53,278 bases of DNA, from positions 1-53,278 of the forward strand of contig JBGPGO010000021.1 of assembly GCA_041483895.1 (NCBI GenBank), in the 5' to 3' direction. The notes under the pieces were generated by a model. That model saw only the letters and a list, made by a program, of their open reading frames with translations, was not told the origin of the DNA and did not search any database. Source of the stretch: Fimbriimonadia bacterium. GTDB taxonomy: Bacteria; Armatimonadota; Fimbriimonadia; Fimbriimonadales; JABRVX01. The first letter of the stretch is position 1, and the number at the start of each line of letters is the position of its first letter. Below, one piece after another: positions 51,431 to 53,278 of the stretch. Position numbers and translations under genes: made by a program.

Positions 51431-52702
51431 ATGAGCACAGCGACCAAGACGAGCATACTCGGCAAGCTGGCATCCGACGGCATTTTCGAGACGGTTGACG
51501 GGATGACCCATGAGGAGACAATTCGGCTGACCAACGAGGTCTGCGCCCACAACTACCATCCCATCGATGTGGTTGTCACGCGAGGGCAGGGGCCGTTCGT
51601 GTGGGACAAGAACGGTAAGAAATACTACGATATGGTCGGCTGCTATTCGGCGCTGGCTCACGGCCACCTCAATGAAGACCTAATCGCGGTCGCGAACAAG
51701 CAGATGGAACGGGTGACGCTGACCTCCCGCGCCGTCTACACCGCCGAGATGGCGGTCTTTTTGGCCGGACTATGTGAATACTCCGACTCTGAGATGGCCT
51801 TGCCGATGAACAGCGGGACGGAAGCCGTCGAGACCGCGATCAAACTGGCGCGCAAATGGGGCTATCGCGTGAAAGGGGTGGCGGACGACAAGGCGGAGAT
51901 TATAACGGCGGAGGGCAACTTCCACGGGCGCTCCATCTCCATCATCAGTTTCTCCTCCGACCCGCAATATCGCGAGGACTTCGGACCGTTCCCGCCGGGG
52001 TTTGTCTCGGTACCGTTTGGCGATGCTGGGGCCGTCGAGCGGGCAATTACGCCAAACACCGCAGCCGTGTTGTTGGAGCCGATAGAAGCGGAGGGCGGCA
52101 TCATCGTCCCGCCGGACGGGTTTCTGGCCGAGGTTCGGCGAATTTGCACCCGCCACAATGTACTGCTGATTTGGGATGAGGTACAGACCGGGTTCTGCCG
52201 CACGGGGCGGCGGTTTGCGTGGCAGTGGGAAGACGCCAAGCCGGACCTGATGACGCTGGGGAAGGCATTGGGCGGCGGGCTGATGCCGGTTTCCGCTGTG
52301 GTCGGGACGCGCGCCGTGCTGGGGCTGTTGCGCCCTGGGGATCACGGCAGCACCTTTGGCGGCAACCCGCTGGCCAGCGTCATTGGCGTTGCAGCCATCG
52401 TCGATCTCTACCAAGGCAAGCTGGACGAACTAGCGGATGCGAACGGCCGGTTCTTCAAAGGGCTCCTGCACCCGCTCATTGGACCGATCGTCAAGGATGT
52501 TCGTGGCAAGGGGCTGCTGATCGGCGTGGAGCTTCACGAATCGGCTGGTACCGGACGGGATTTCATTCCTCGCCTCTTAGAAGAAGGGGTGATCTCGAAG
52601 GACACCCACCATCAGACCTTGCGGTTCGCCCCGCCGTTGGACATCACGCGGGAGCAGATTGAGGACGCCGCCGGCCGAATCGTGAGGGCGTTGGCGCGGT
52701 AG
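51431..52702 (+). CDS. rocD: Ornithine-oxo-acid aminotransferase (class III PLP)
   Basis: AHNYHP, YSA...GH, LTSRA, PMNSGTEAVETAIK.ARKWGY, NFHGR, DEVQTG..RTG, LGKALGGG and HGSTFGGNPL. Confidence 0.9.
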   Translation: MSTATKTSILGKLASDGIFETVDGMTHEETIRLTNEVCAHNYHPIDVVVTRGQGPFVWDKNGKKYYDMVGCYSALAHGHLNEDLIAVANKQMERVTLTSRAVYTAEMAVFLAGLCEYSDSEMALPMNSGTEAVETAIKLARKWGYRVKGVADDKAEIITAEGNFHGRSISIISFSSDPQYREDFGPFPPGFVSVPFGDAGAVERAITPNTAAVLLEPIEAEGGIIVPPDGFLAEVRRICTRHNVLLIWDEVQTGFCRTGRRFAWQWEDAKPDLMTLGKALGGGLMPVSAVVGTRAVLGLLRPGDHGSTFGGNPLASVIGVAAIVDLYQGKLDELADANGRFFKGLLHPLIGPIVKDVRGKGLLIGVELHESAGTGRDFIPRLLEEGVISKDTHHQTLRFAPPLDITREQIEDAAGRIVRALAR

Positions 52703-52705
52703 GTC

Positions 52706-53278
52706 ATGGGCATCGCCACAGCCCGGGGGACGGAGGAGTCGGGATACCGGTGCAACGAATGCGGGCGTCAGATCGGGATGCCGCCAAAGCCATTGACATC
52801 GGAGATTGTCCATTTCAGCCTTTTGTGCGGAAAGTGCTTCTACGCTCGGTTGGCGAAGTGGATTTCGTCTAACCCGGACCGCTTCTTTTGCGACAGCGTC
52901 GCGGATCGACTATCTGGTGGAGACACCGATTGGCAGACCGGGGAATGGGAAGCAATCCTGGATGTTGGTGACGCGCTTGCCCCCACTCTGGGACGGATCG
53001 CCCAGTTTTCTGTAAGGCCATCGTCCCAACGAGTGGCCATAGACGTATTGGCCGAGATGAAGACCGACCGGGCCTGCCGTGCGCTCTGCGACTGCCTCAC
53101 CAATCCTGCCACAAGAGACGTTTCACCGAGAGAAAAGCTATTTCTCGGCATGACGCGGCAGGGCAAGGCCATCGCATTCGCGTCCGTTTCTCTCGTCGCT
53201 TGGGTTATGTTCTTCCCCTCGCTGTGGCTAGCAGGATTGCTGTTCGGCATTGTCGTTGGGCTGTTCGCATACCTTTTA
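52706..53278 (+). CDS. Hypothetical protein with N-terminal CxxC...CxxC and TM helices (runs off the window)
   Basis: Open frame from ATG 52706 to the window end: ...YRCNECG...LCGKCFY...IAFASVSLVAWVMFFPSLWLAGLLFGIVVGLFAYLL. Confidence 0.6.
   Translation, partial: MGIATARGTEESGYRCNECGRQIGMPPKPLTSEIVHFSLLCGKCFYARLAKWISSNPDRFFCDSVADRLSGGDTDWQTGEWEAILDVGDALAPTLGRIAQFSVRPSSQRVAIDVLAEMKTDRACRALCDCLTNPATRDVSPREKLFLGMTRQGKAIAFASVSLVAWVMFFPSLWLAGLLFGIVVGLFAYLL

Overview
GC-rich bacterial chromosome segment, probably Armatimonadota (inferred from the DUF1559-like prepilins, PEP-CTERM protein, short split-type RHS core and RNAP insertions; not proven). Housekeeping content: sthA, two-subunit aconitase X, an orphan DNA methyltransferase, aroE, pilB-pilT-pilC, gmhB, two prepilin/small-membrane-protein pairs, rpoB-rpoC, an AlkZ-like glycosylase, DUF1385, rpmE and rocD. 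There are two accessory regions. (1) From 21.8 to 32.9 kb, eight copies of one REP hairpin partition secreted proteins, RHS toxin/immunity debris, an IS481-like stub, a RAYT transposase and an internally deleted mini-copy of the RAYT unit. (2) From 35.3 to 48.2 kb, the main novelty is a tandem array of 13 intact, divergent, secreted ~305-aa paralogs that I do not recognise. Each has a two-fold internal repeat and ends in Cys-Lys. The array also shows co-varying cysteines, a relic 14th copy, a shuffled order and direct repeats suggesting insertion at its head next to a glycosyltransferase gene. Other notable points are an in-frame palindromic repeat inside aroE, rifampicin-pocket substitutions and a Zn-ribbon insertion in RpoB, and an IS110 right end at the window start. 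No rRNA, tRNA or CRISPR array was seen.
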